Assembly: GCF_006345805.1 (NCBI RefSeq)
Contig: NC_043020.1
Span: 29,140,001-29,204,000, forward strand
Length of the DNA: 64,000 bases
Direction of reading: 5' to 3'
Origin: Octopus sinensis
Taxonomy: Eukaryota
Below the pieces are notes generated by a model. The model was not told where the DNA came from. It did not search any database and was given only the letters and a program-made list of their open reading frames with translations. Numbering within the stretch: the first letter of the stretch is position 1; every line of letters starts with the position of its first letter. Made by a program: the position numbers and the translations under genes. Of the stretch, positions 51,277 to 64,000 are shown piece by piece.

Positions 51277-53247
51277 TCTTCTTCTTTAACTGTCTCTTGT
51301 AGGTCAATGTTGACTGTTCTTGTTTAAAAATCTTCTCTGGCAGGCTCCCCATGTGGGCTACAAGACCTGCTCTTCATCTGCAGTAACAATGGCATCTGCA
51401 GCAGATGAGTCTACTTGACGCGATGGACAAGTGACACTTCTCACATGCGCTTTCGTATTCTCTCTGTTGTTTCTCTTCAATGGCTGGAATTACGAGCTTC
51501 AACGATCGCTACCATTCATCGCGACGCAGAGCCTTCTCCTCTCGGGTGTCTGCCTAAAAATTCGGCAACATCAGGATTATCTTTCACTCGGAAACTCTGA
51601 CACAGAAGCACTCCAGCGTCCGACTAAAAGCGGAAAACTTGACATTAATACCAATTTACCTTGGTCGGAGAATGATCCAAGTGAAAAATTTCAAATATAT
51701 CACCAGAACTTGATTTCTGGTGGTTGGTCAAATACGCGGTGTTAGAAGATCTCAGCACACTTCTGATAATAAAAAGAATTAAAAAGGAGAATTGGGTTGT
51801 GATAAGGCTGGAAATTTTAATCCAATTGACACCGAAGACACTGGATAACATTCCCGACATAATAGAGCAGCAACTTCTAGTTGCTGTGGAAGGCAGAAGG
51901 CTGCGATGTAACAGCAACCACCTCAAGGCCTTCGGCCCCTATCAACAATAAATAACAGCCGAAAGATATTGCGAGTACCATAACTTCAGTATCAATATCA
52001 ACACCATGACACAGCACGCATCACCCAGTGAATGCAGCGCCCACCACGGGACAGGATGTAGCAATCAGTGACAAGAGAAACAGCGACATCTAGAGTGGAA
52101 ACAACAGCAACAAAAACATCAAAAGAAACACCGTCCGAAAGAGACACTACATCGACGACAACGTCTGCAGCTGAAATACCTCAAACAATATAATAAAGCA
52201 AAATGTGGGAGATACCTCCGACAAACAATGCTTAAACACTTCCCCCACCAACAGCAGTTATACGAGTACCGTCAAAAGCATCGCCCCATTTCACTACTAC
52301 CGCCTATACCACACACACCACCATTGCAAGAACAGCCTAATTCACACACTCAACGGCCAGATCATTCATCCCAACACGAACAAATAAAGACGCCAGATAT
52401 ATATGTCCTGTTATTACTGTTATTGTTTTTTGTATTTATATTCGTGTGGGATCGTCCGTTTTTCTGTCCTTGTTTCGTATACATTCGATCCTTTTTCCAA
52501 GAAATCTAATGCCCGTAGCTTAGTTTTTCCTTGGGGCTGGCCGGATCGGAGCGATCTCAAGATTAATCAGCCGAAATTGCGAGGATGATCCGGTTCTTGA
52601 CTGAAGATTAGAGGCTTCGAATGTCCCGTCCGTGTTTTTTGTATCGTCTTCTAAATGTTTTACGTTCTTGTCCCAGTTTGTATTTTTCTACATATAATAT
52701 ATATATATATATACACGCACACGCACACACATGTCCTCTTTGGGTTAAAAAATCGCAGTAGAGACCCGTTCGAACGAACAGTCATGTTAAAGTACAACTA
52801 GCATGTTTGCTTGTTGCAAAATCAGTGACTGTGTGTTCGCTTGATATATATATATATACTGCGCGCATCTCTAGCAGACGAGCTGTCCAGTACTGAGGAG
52901 TGGCAGAAATAGCCCGAAACCAGAACTGCTCTACTGGTCCCGTCACTAGGGAATGGTAGGGGTTCGCTCCCTTACTCGCCATCGTTGAACCAAGCGCCGA
53001 ATATGGTAGCCATCAACTACAATGTTTTCCTGGGGACCTTCATTGTTGGGGAAAAACGATATTGAATTGTAGGAAACATGATTCTGTGTCGTGCTACATA
53101 TCGTTGGAAACAACCTTTCACTTCCAGTGCGATTGGCGATGCTTGATAATGTTTCAAGGCACGGTCGTGTGGTTAAGAAACTCGCTTTGCAACCACGTGG
53201 TTTCAGGTTCAGTCCCACCGTGCAGTCTCCACACACACACAGATGGA

Positions 53248-53565
<318 letters not shown>

Positions 53566-54754
53566 ATATATATACTACTTCTTCCCTACCATGTGACTGC
53601 TGTCCGGCGAAGGCAGTGTTGTTCTTTTTCGCCCTACCTTTGACCGGACTGATCATGTTGGAGTTGGCTCTTGCTACGTCCGCTAGAACTTACTCTATTT
53701 CTTTGCGCAACCAAACTAAGTTCGTTTGATAACTACAAAGCTCTTTTTGTTGCATTTGTGATATATGTATACTTATGATATATTTTCCTTCTGTTATATA
53801 TAGCCGTAAGTCTTCGTGTTGTTATGCATGCATAATTCTTTGTTATATTTATATAATGTCTTGCTTGGTTTTGTCTTAGTATACATTCGCTAACTTTTCC
53901 CCACTAGCTTAATAATAGCACTGGCGCCTGCAAAATTGAGCGATCTCAATGGTAATGGCGCGAAACCACTATGATATTTTGCGTCATTGACTGACGAAGA
54001 AAACTCAGTTGCGAATATTTTGTGGATCGTTTCTTTGTCTAATTTCCCGTCCGTTAAGCTTTCGTCTAACTTTTTCTCCTTGTTGTGTTCTTTCTGATCA
54101 ACCTTTGATGTGTGTGTGAGTGGGTGAGAGAGAGAGAAAGAGAATGTGTGTGTGTGTGTGTGTGTGTGTACATGCTGGGACATACTCACATGTATTTAAC
54201 AAACCATGACTCCTAAACCAAACACCAATCAACTTAAGTAATTTACTGAAGCCACATACTGATTAGTCAGAATACAGTTTGCAAAACTTAACATTCTGGA
54301 GCCTATACAAATATATTTAAGGCACACATTTTAGCCATCTTACTACAATTGTAAATTGTTAACTTGACAAGGTGAAGCTCTGATTGGCTGTATGCAAATG
54401 AGTACTCTACTGGGGTCCGGAACTCTCGCAAGAAAAAAATTCGCGCCCCAGACGGTACAGACTGTTGCTAGGACAGAAATATCTCTATATGATGTCATTG
54501 CGCCATCTACTAAAAATAAAAAGCAAATTGTTTTCCCACTGCACCTTATTTCCTTAAAAGGAACATGACAAATCAAGTATTAAATATAGTCATCGGTAAT
54601 ATTAAGTCTGAAAAGAAAGAATATAACAAGAAAAAAGAAAGAAAGAAGAGGCTCTGACTCAAACTTGATCGCCCTTGATCATATAGGTTTGTATAATCAG
54701 GATTAACCTAGGGTTAAACGAGAACAACTAAAACAGCTAATCAACAAATCGACT

Positions 54755-54985
54755 AGCCGACCGACAGACCGACAGACCGACAGACCGACCCACCGACAGA
54801 CCGACCCACCGACAGACCGACCGACAGACCGACCCACCGACAGACAGACCGACCGACAGACCGACCCACCGACAGACCGACCCACCGACAGACCGACCCA
54901 CCGACCCACCGACAGACCGACAGACCGATCCACCGACAGACCGACCCACCGACCCACCAACAGACCGACCCACCGACAGACCACC
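54755..54985. repeat. (ACCG)/(ACAG)/(ACCC) compound microsatellite
   Basis: Direct inspection. Confidence 0.95.
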
Positions 54986-55388
54986 ACAGCAAACAGAAAG
55001 CTATCTTCAGTTATCTCTTCGGGTATTCCAATCGTATTCCAATCTAAAACAAAAACAACTGCAATCCACCCCGTCATCGCACCCCGCCACGTCTCCTCTG
55101 TAATTCCAAGCATGCATGACAATGTCGGCGCCAATTTCCTATTCTCACTTCCTACAAATGTTTTATATTTAGCACATTTTAAAAACGGGACCTGGTGTGA
55201 ACGTAGAAAGTCACGTTGTTTGCCATGAGCTGACAGTTGTTCTTCGTCATCGGGGAGAGCTTATTGTCTGTTTTTATTCAATCGAGCTGTGGGAAATATT
55301 GACGAGTTGTGGGAGTTTTCTTTCGCTTTCATACGAAGGCTTGTGAGCATGTCTATGCGACGGCGTACGCGTATGCGTATGTGTGTGT

Positions 55389-55421
<33 letters not shown>

Positions 55422-55534
55422 ACCTCTGCGTGTGCGCGCGCATAAATTCGTGGAATTCTGGGAGAATGTAGCTCCATAATTCTTAGGCTGTCGAACTTGG
55501 TCATTTCGGGTACAAAAAAAAAAGATATTCGTTT

Positions 55535-55681
55535 CTGTATGCATGCATGTATGTATGTGTGTATGTGTGTATGTATGTATGTATGTATGTATGTACGTAT
55601 GTATGAATGTACGTATGTATGAATGTATGTATGTATGTATGTATGTATGTATGTATGTATGTATGTATATATGTATATATG

Positions 55682-55715
<34 letters not shown>

Positions 55716-55969
55716 TGTGTGTATGTGTGTATGTATGTATGTATGTATGTATGTACGTACGTATGTATGAATGTATGTATGTATGTATGTATGTATGTAT
55801 ATATGTATATATGTATATATGTATGTATGTATGTATGTATGTACGAATGTATGAATGTATGTATGTATGAATGTATGTATGTATAAATGTATGTATGTAT
55901 GTATGAATGTATGTATGTATGTATGAATGTATGTATGTATGTATGTGTGTATGTATGTATGTATGTATG

Positions 55970-56003
<34 letters not shown>

Positions 56004-56252
56004 TGTACGTATGTATGCATGTATGTATGTATGAATGTACGTATGTAGGAATGTACGAATGTATGTATGTATGTATGTATGTATGTCTATATGTATGTAT
56101 GTATGAATGTATGTATGTATGTATGTATGTATGTATGTCTATATGTATGTATGTATGAATGTATGTATGTATGTACGTATGTATGTATGTATATATGTAC
56201 ATACGTATGTATGTATGTATGTATGTGTGTATGTATTATGTATGTATGTATG

Positions 56253-56286
<34 letters not shown>

Positions 56287-56595
56287 TGTATGTACGTATG
56301 TATGTATGTATGTATGTATGTATGTATGAATGTACGTATGTAGGAATGTACGAATGTATGTATGTATGTATGTATGTATGTCTATATGTATGTATGTATG
56401 AATGTATGTATGTATGTATGTATGTATGTCTATATGTATGTATGTATGAATGTATGTATGTATGTACGTATGTATGTATGTATATATGTACATACGTATG
56501 TATGTATGTATGTATGTATGTATGTACGTATGTGTGTATGCTTGTAAGTTTGTATTAAGTATGTATGTGTGTATGTATGCATGTATGTATGGTTG

Positions 56596-56627
<32 letters not shown>

Positions 56628-57155
56628 TGTATGTATATGTGAATGTAAGTATGTGTGCATGTATGTGGGGAGGGTGGGAGAGAGGAATGGGTATGTTTGT
56701 ATGACTGTATGTTTGTATGACTGTATGTATGTATGTATGTATGTATGTAGGGTGGGAGGGAGGGAGGGAGGAATGGGTAGGTTTGTATGACTGTATGTAT
56801 GTTTCCATCAATGGTCGGATAGATGAATGATTTTTATGCATGAATGTCTAAGTTTATGCATGTATAAATGTATTCATGAATGAATGAAGATATGCATGTA
56901 TATATATGTGTGTGTGTGTATGTGTGTGTGTGTGTGTGTGTGTGTTTGTGTGTCTATGTATGTATGATTTTGTCTACCTGTATGTATGTTTATAAGTATG
57001 TATGAGTTTATGCGTCTATGGATAGAAGAATGTTTGTGTGTATGTATGTATATATGTATGTATATCTATTCATACATGCTTGTATGTCTATTCATGCATG
57101 CTTGTATGTATATATGTATGGATGTATGAATGTATGAATGTATGTATGTACGTAC
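55535..57155. repeat. About 1.6-kb (TGTA)n-dominated microsatellite
   Basis: Direct inspection. Confidence 0.97.
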
Positions 57156-57339
57156 GTACGTTCATTGACATTATTATTATTATTCAGATTAAATTTTCAG
57201 TGTTTAGTACCCAATGATCGATGGCGAAGTCTTAAAGATGAAACGCAAGTGCATACATAGAGGTCTATTGTTCAAAATAAGTCTGAACCTTATCGTCTGC
57301 GCGTATATCGGCCAGCTTCGGTTTTCTAACAGGCTTATC

Positions 57340-57386
<47 letters not shown>

Positions 57387-57794
57387 GAATAAATACATAT
57401 TTTAACCATGATTTCGGAGTTGGGCAGACCAGACTATAAAACAGAAATTACTCTTGACCCTGTGGGATTTCGATGTTAGTGTCATGGGTAACATTCATAA
57501 AATTATCGTCATTATCACCAACCCCTTACAGGTAGTACCAGACTCGTGGACTGAATGGGCGTAATTATGCGTATTTTTGTTTTCTTTGCACTTGACTGAG
57601 TCTTTAAATCTGAATCAAGATTTACTGAAGTGCCGCCTGAAAAGCCTGTGAAAATATTTCTATCGGGTTAAAGAATTTCTGGGGTTAAGACCCTTTAGCC
57701 TTCAGCAAATTCATGGTCAAACGGCTCTGACAACAAACATCTTCTGTCGTCTGCAAAAAACTTACTCACGCAGGTAATTATTATTATTATGTTA

Positions 57795-58215
57795 GGGAAG
57801 GCGGCGAGGTGACAGAAACGCTAGCATGTAGGGCGAAATACTTAGCGGTATTTCGTCTGCCGTTACGTTCTGAGTTCAAATTCCGCCGAGGTCGACTTTG
57901 CCTTTCATCCTTTTCGGGGTCAATTAAATAAGTACCAGTAAATCACTGGGGTTGATATAATCGACTTAATCCCCTTGTCTGTCCTTGTTTGTCCTCTCTG
58001 TGTTTAGCCCCGTGTGGGTAGTAAAGAAATAGGTATTTCGTCTGCCGTTATGTTCTGAGTTCAAACTTCGCCGCGGTCGACTTCGCCTTTCATCCTTTTC
58101 GGAGTCGATTAAATAAGTACCAGTTTTGCACTGGGGTCGATATAATCGACTTAATCCGTTTGTCTGTCCTTGTTTGTCCCCTCTGTGTTTAGCCTCCTGT
58201 GGGCAATAAAGAAAT
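57795..58215 (+). mobile_element. Family B SINE dimer
   Basis: Second unit joins at aagaaataggtatttcgtctgcc. Confidence 0.88.
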
Positions 58216-58256
58216 AAATTATAATTATGCTAGGGAGAACAAAGGACATAAAGAAA

Positions 58257-58940
<684 letters not shown>

Positions 58941-60464
58941 GCGTCCAATGCGTATTGTATGGATAAGAAGATAAAATTTCGAGCGCAGTAAAGCTGTGGA
59001 AAGAGCAGGAATCATAATACGCAATCTTTCTGCTGTTTTCATGGCTAGACTGAGTTCGAAACCATTACCTTGTTGTCTGTACAATACTTTACATTTCATC
59101 CTTTCGAAATACGTCAGGAACTGGGCTAGAATTGACCAACTTCCGGCTCACCTCAGAATTGCTGCTCTTGTGCTAAAATTAAGAATTATAGAGTAGTTTG
59201 CAAGAAATCTATTGCTTCTTTTTATGACCTATACCCTATAAAAATAGCTCCACGTATCGACCCCCAGCATTTCCATCACTGGTAATGCCTCGGTAAGCAA
59301 AAAAAAAATCAAACAAACAGCTGCTCAATGGGCCACGATTTCATAAAATCTTTTATCTTTCACTTATTTCAGCCATTTGACTATGGCTATGCTGGGGCAA
59401 CACCTCGACCGTCTCCTGTAATTATTTTTAAGTCTAGAACTTATTCTATCTCTGTTTTGCCGAACCGCTAGATTACAGGGACGTAAACAAACCAACGTTG
59501 ATTATCAAGTGCTATGCATGTACAAACACAAGTACAAAAACACGCATACATACACTTGTATATAAATGTATACAACAGGCCTCCACATAGTTTCCGCCAA
59601 CCCAATTCATCTACAAGGTTTTGGTCGGCCGTAGCTATAGTAGAAGACACTTGCCCAAGATACCGTGCAGTAGGGTTGAACCTGAAACCACGTTATTACA
59701 AAGCGAGTATCTTAACCACACAGCCATCAGTGAATATTTTTTTTTTTTAGAAAAAAAAAAACTCGAGGCCTACAAAAACCTCTTCAATGGCACATTTGTG
59801 CATCGCAGCCCATCTGTTGTCGTCTGTCGACCTTTGGTGTCGACAGTCCACAATAAATGAAGATAGGTGAAAATTCTTGCATTCCCCATATTTTATTGTT
59901 TCATGATCACTTTTGCAGAGGCTGTGTCAAAAGGCTCACCCGAGATGCCTCGCCCTGAAAGCAAAAGCAGAACTTCATGATAGTGAAAGAAACTTTTAAA
60001 ACTTTAGACCATGTCTTCGTCCTTATAGAGTAACAAAATGTTGTAAGAAGTATTTTAAAATTTAATCAGCTTGTAGTGACAAGACTTTAATCTATATCCA
60101 GCAATGGGGCCCTGGTTCAGGGATCTGGGGCTTTGAGGAGTGTGGAACCATCTCTTAGATACTATTGTTCTCAGGTCTAATCTAACCCGGAGTGCTAGCA
60201 GCTGCCAGGGACCCAGTTACAGGTTAATTAGTCTGTCATGGAATTGGTCCGCAATTAGAGACACCCAAATGGACCCAGGACAGATGAAACCCTTCAGCTT
60301 TTTGACTACTCATCTAAGAGAAGATAACTCCATACAAATCTTGATGACTACTGGGCTCATGGCATTTGTTGCACCAGTCCAATACAAGTTTGAAGGACGA
60401 GAGACAGTCGGTGCACAAAGTATGCTCTCTGTAATAATATTCTTCGTGAATGTTGTTCAGCAAA

Positions 60465-60885
60465 CCTATTTCTTTACTGCCCACAAGGGGCTAAACACAG
60501 AGGGGACAAACAAGGACAAACATAGGTATTAAGTCGATTACATCGACCCCAGTGCGTTAATGGTACTTATTTAATCGACCCCGAAAGGATGAAAGGCAAA
60601 GTCAACCGCGGCGGAATTTGAACTCACAATGTAACGGCAGATGAAATACCTATTTCTTTATTGCCCACAAGGGGCTAAACACAGAGGGGACAAACAAGGA
60701 TAGACATAGGTATTAAGTCGATTACATCGACCCCAGTGCGTAACTGGTACTTATTTAATCGACCCCGAAAGGATGAAAGGCAAAGTCGACCTCGGCGGAA
60801 TTTGAACTCACAACGTAACGGCAGACGAAATACTGCTAAGCATTTCACCCGGCGTGCTAACGATTCTGCCAGCTCGCCGCCTTTG
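60465..60885 (-). mobile_element. Family B SINE dimer
   Basis: Two cctatttcttta-started units with a single head at about 60830-60885. Confidence 0.88.
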
Positions 60886-61408
60886 TTCAGCAAACCAAAA
60901 CACAAATACCAACGCTCGCACTTTCCTCATGAGTCCAGATGTAACAGGGAAAGAGGCGAAGGAGACAGTTAGAGGATGCTTCTTCAAGTCTTCAGCTTTG
61001 ATCCTACACACAGACGGCCATAGGGCGATGGTGGTTTTCTACAGTCCTACCCTACGTAGGACTGTAGTAAAGCCCTCTTATGTCTCTGCCGTAAGGCTTC
61101 ACTTCCACACACACCAGCTTAATTTAATTCGCCCTTAGTCGAAAGACACCTGTTGTTAATATCCTGTTGCTTGCATTTGTATTTGTATACCATTTCTCCG
61201 TTTTTCTGTCCTTGTTTTCATATACATTCGCTGCTTTCTTCTAAGGAATCCAGTGCCTTGCAAAGCCCTCGTTCGTCGAAAAGACGACAGAGCCTATCAC
61301 TAAAGTGTAATAAGACTCGAGTTAAAGTATATTAAGATGTGTAGTAACGTGTGTTCAGGGTGTTATAAGGGTGTTAAAATGTGTAATAAAGGGTATAGCA
61401 ACACTTAC

Positions 61409-61610
61409 ATAAGATGGCGCTGCAGTGTCTTCAATTCGGATTACATTAAGCCTCATTCCGATTTATGGGGGGAAATCTTAATATTATTGGTTTAAACAGG
61501 GCTCTTTGACTTAATGCATGACCAATCACGTTGCGTATACACCCGAATACATCTAAACGTTTCTAAGCATGTGATGTATGGCAGAACAATGCATGGTGAT
61601 TGGCTTTCAC
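61409..61610. promoter_or_regulatory. Candidate promoter (three CCAAT boxes, YY1-like AAGATGGCG) with minus-strand GTAAGT donor
   Basis: ATTGG/CCAAT at 61486, 61522 and 61599; aagatggcg at 61411; acttac at 61403-61408. Confidence 0.35.
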
Positions 61611-62184
61611 AAAGTTCACGCCAACCAAAGCCGGTGAGAGATTCATTAGAGTTCAGACAATGGAATGGAATTTCATTCACAGATTAGCTGGGTGCAGCAC
61701 AAAGGGTTTCTTGGAAAAGTGTGTTTGTGAAGAATAGACTTTATGCATCAAAGCAGAAAGGATATCGGCGAAAAGCTGCTCTACAGAAAAGAAACAAAAA
61801 AATGCCATAGCTGCAGATTCTCGAAAGAATATGTTTGGCTTTTTGTCGTGACATAGTTTGGCTGACAAAGCAAAATAACAATGTTTTGTTAACAACAATT
61901 GTTAAGATGTGTACAAAAGGGTTCAAAGAAGCTTCATTTTCCGAGCATGTTTCTGCTGTTGAGTAAACACATGCGTTTCAACAAATAGAAATTTGACGGA
62001 AGGGATTCGACGATGATTTGGTGATAGGGCTGTGTGAAAGATATAGGCAACGGTGTCTGGTTAAGAATGTTTTGCAACCATATGGCTTCGGGTTCAGTCT
62101 CACTGCGCGGCACCTGCGTAAATATGTTCTCCTATGGCCCCACGTCTGGCAATAGCAGACGGAAACCGCAGAATCTTGTCGAAT

Positions 62185-62238
<54 letters not shown>

Positions 62239-62345
62239 TATATATTAGTTACGGGGACATGAACAAACCTACACTGGTTGTCTAGCGATCTTGAAGGAGA
62301 AACACAAGCACAAAGATACACACACATATACATACATGCATATAT

Positions 62346-62435
<90 letters not shown>

Positions 62436-62565
62436 TGAGAAAAAGAAGTCTCGTCGGAATTTCTTTTCTCAATATTCAATTCTGTACATCACACCTTACA
62501 CTCTTTACATATATATATATGTGTGTGTGTGTGTTGTGTGTGTGTGTGTGTGTTGTGTGTGTGTG

Positions 62566-62619
<54 letters not shown>

Positions 62620-63653
62620 ATATATATATATATATATAATATATATATATATATATTTTTTTTTTATATATATATATATTATATATGTATATATACATAT
62701 ATACATACATATATACATACATATATACAGCACTGACTGGCTGGAGTCTGCCAAAGCACAACTCCACTAAGACACAGCAACAAAATAGAACTTTCCTGTC
62801 TTGCTACAAACCTGAAACTACTTGGTTCCAAAGCGGGGTTCGTAACCACATAGCCATACCCGCGCTTATTTATATATTATTTTTGTGGGGAGGGGTATTC
62901 GGTCGGGCATATATTTGTGCATGTCAGACTACCCCAGGTACGGCAGCAGTATTCCATTATGGATTCAAGTGTGTCCCACTTGAGTTTTGCGAGGGATTTG
63001 TGGTTGCTGGCAGAAGCTCTACGCCAATACACGCACACGCATTAGCAAAGAAAAAAGCCAAAGAAATTTCTGTTAAATTCTCTTATGTTGTCACAGGAAA
63101 CTGCAAATTAGGAGAGAAATCATGGAAAAAGGAGATGAGTAACAGCTCCGTTCCGGTTCTCAGACGGAATCTAACAAATTAGGCGGGATATGATTTGTTT
63201 CGTCTCCCATAATTACGAGAAACCGCATTTAGAAGCATTGTACAGTTTTCCTATTATAGGCTCAAGGCCGAACATTTCGAAGAAGTGGGCCAATCGATTA
63301 CGTCAACTCCAGTGTTTAACTCCTACTTATTTTAACGACCTTGGAAGGATGAAAAGCCAAGTCGACCGAGGCGGAAAAGCCGGAAAATATGTCGCTAAGC
63401 ATTTTGTCCGACTCGCTAACGATCTTCTCATTTCGCCGCCTAGTTGCGTGTTACATATTACATACTACACAATTATATTTTGTATAAGTGTCTCCTCACA
63501 GGCATTGTGGGTATTTTTTACCACGCGGTTTTTCTACGTTAGTGTTTTAATTTTTCCGAAAACTACGTAAAATATTGAATAGCAAAGGTCCATATAATAG
63601 CGGATCGAAAATTGAAAGGGATTTCAAATGAATGACTCGTGAAAGAGATATAT

Positions 63654-64000
63654 AGGGTGTCCCAAAAAATTTGACATCATTTCATCACCTAATAACGGTG
63701 AATAATTTTCGTCCAAATTGTCTTAAATTTTAGCAGTATGTCTAGAATTCAATATATTTTTTTTAAATGATCTTTCGTATGTTTGGCGGGTCATAAGAAA
63801 ACGCTTGTGGCTGACCCCCAACAAGCTTCAGTCAATTGAGAAGCAAAAAATGTAAACTGTTCTGTGAAGATACTCAAGAGAGACTTGAAGGTGACTTTGA
63901 AAACCATTTTGCTTGCAGTGACGAGGCCACATTCCATACGAATATGGAAAGTGGACAAGCAAAATGTTCGCATTGGAGGCAAAGAAAATCCACAGGACAC
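63654..64000 (+). mobile_element. Tc1/mariner-superfamily (maT/DD37D-like) remnant, runs off the window
   Basis: TA+gggtgtcccaaaaaa TIR; SDEATFH..GKVDKQNVRIGGKENP resembles the FSDEATFHLSGKVNRHNVRIWG motif. Confidence 0.65.

Noticed and set aside
51300-52700. Possible decayed Penelope element; the 52390-52700 block resembles 61150-61290
   Set aside because: No RT or GIY-YIG motif could be reconstructed by eye.
53890-54130. Non-repetitive minus-strand open frame KVDQKEHNKEKK...FAGASAIIK
   Set aside because: No recognisable homology and no convincing splice sites.

Overview
AT-rich, repeat-dense eukaryotic genomic DNA. The tRNA-derived SINE families and microsatellite load point to an octopus/coleoid cephalopod (inference, not database-checked). 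Two protein genes are supported, both on the minus strand. (1) Three coding exons of a divergent parkin-like RBR E3 ligase (Ubl exon 17947-18150, short linker exon 11814-11892, RING0 exon 10009-10127); intron positions and phases match human PRKN exons 2-4, but the Ubl-RING0 linker is about 57 aa shorter. (2) GEMIN7, with a single coding exon at 28962-29240. The rest is SINEs, LINE fragments (CR1, RTE, R4/Dong, Tx1), Penelope-like elements, mariner/maT, hAT, piggyBac- and Helentron-type MITEs, tandem duplications, microsatellites and one 100-N gap. Most notable: several independent hammerhead-ribozyme families (one as a perfect 123-bp palindrome with a ribozyme on each strand), a 3' stem-loop shared between a SINE and a CR1 LINE, recurrent (TA)n-associated inverted duplications, and a candidate unannotated microexon transcript. 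Most ORFs in the supplied track are microsatellite or repeat artefacts.
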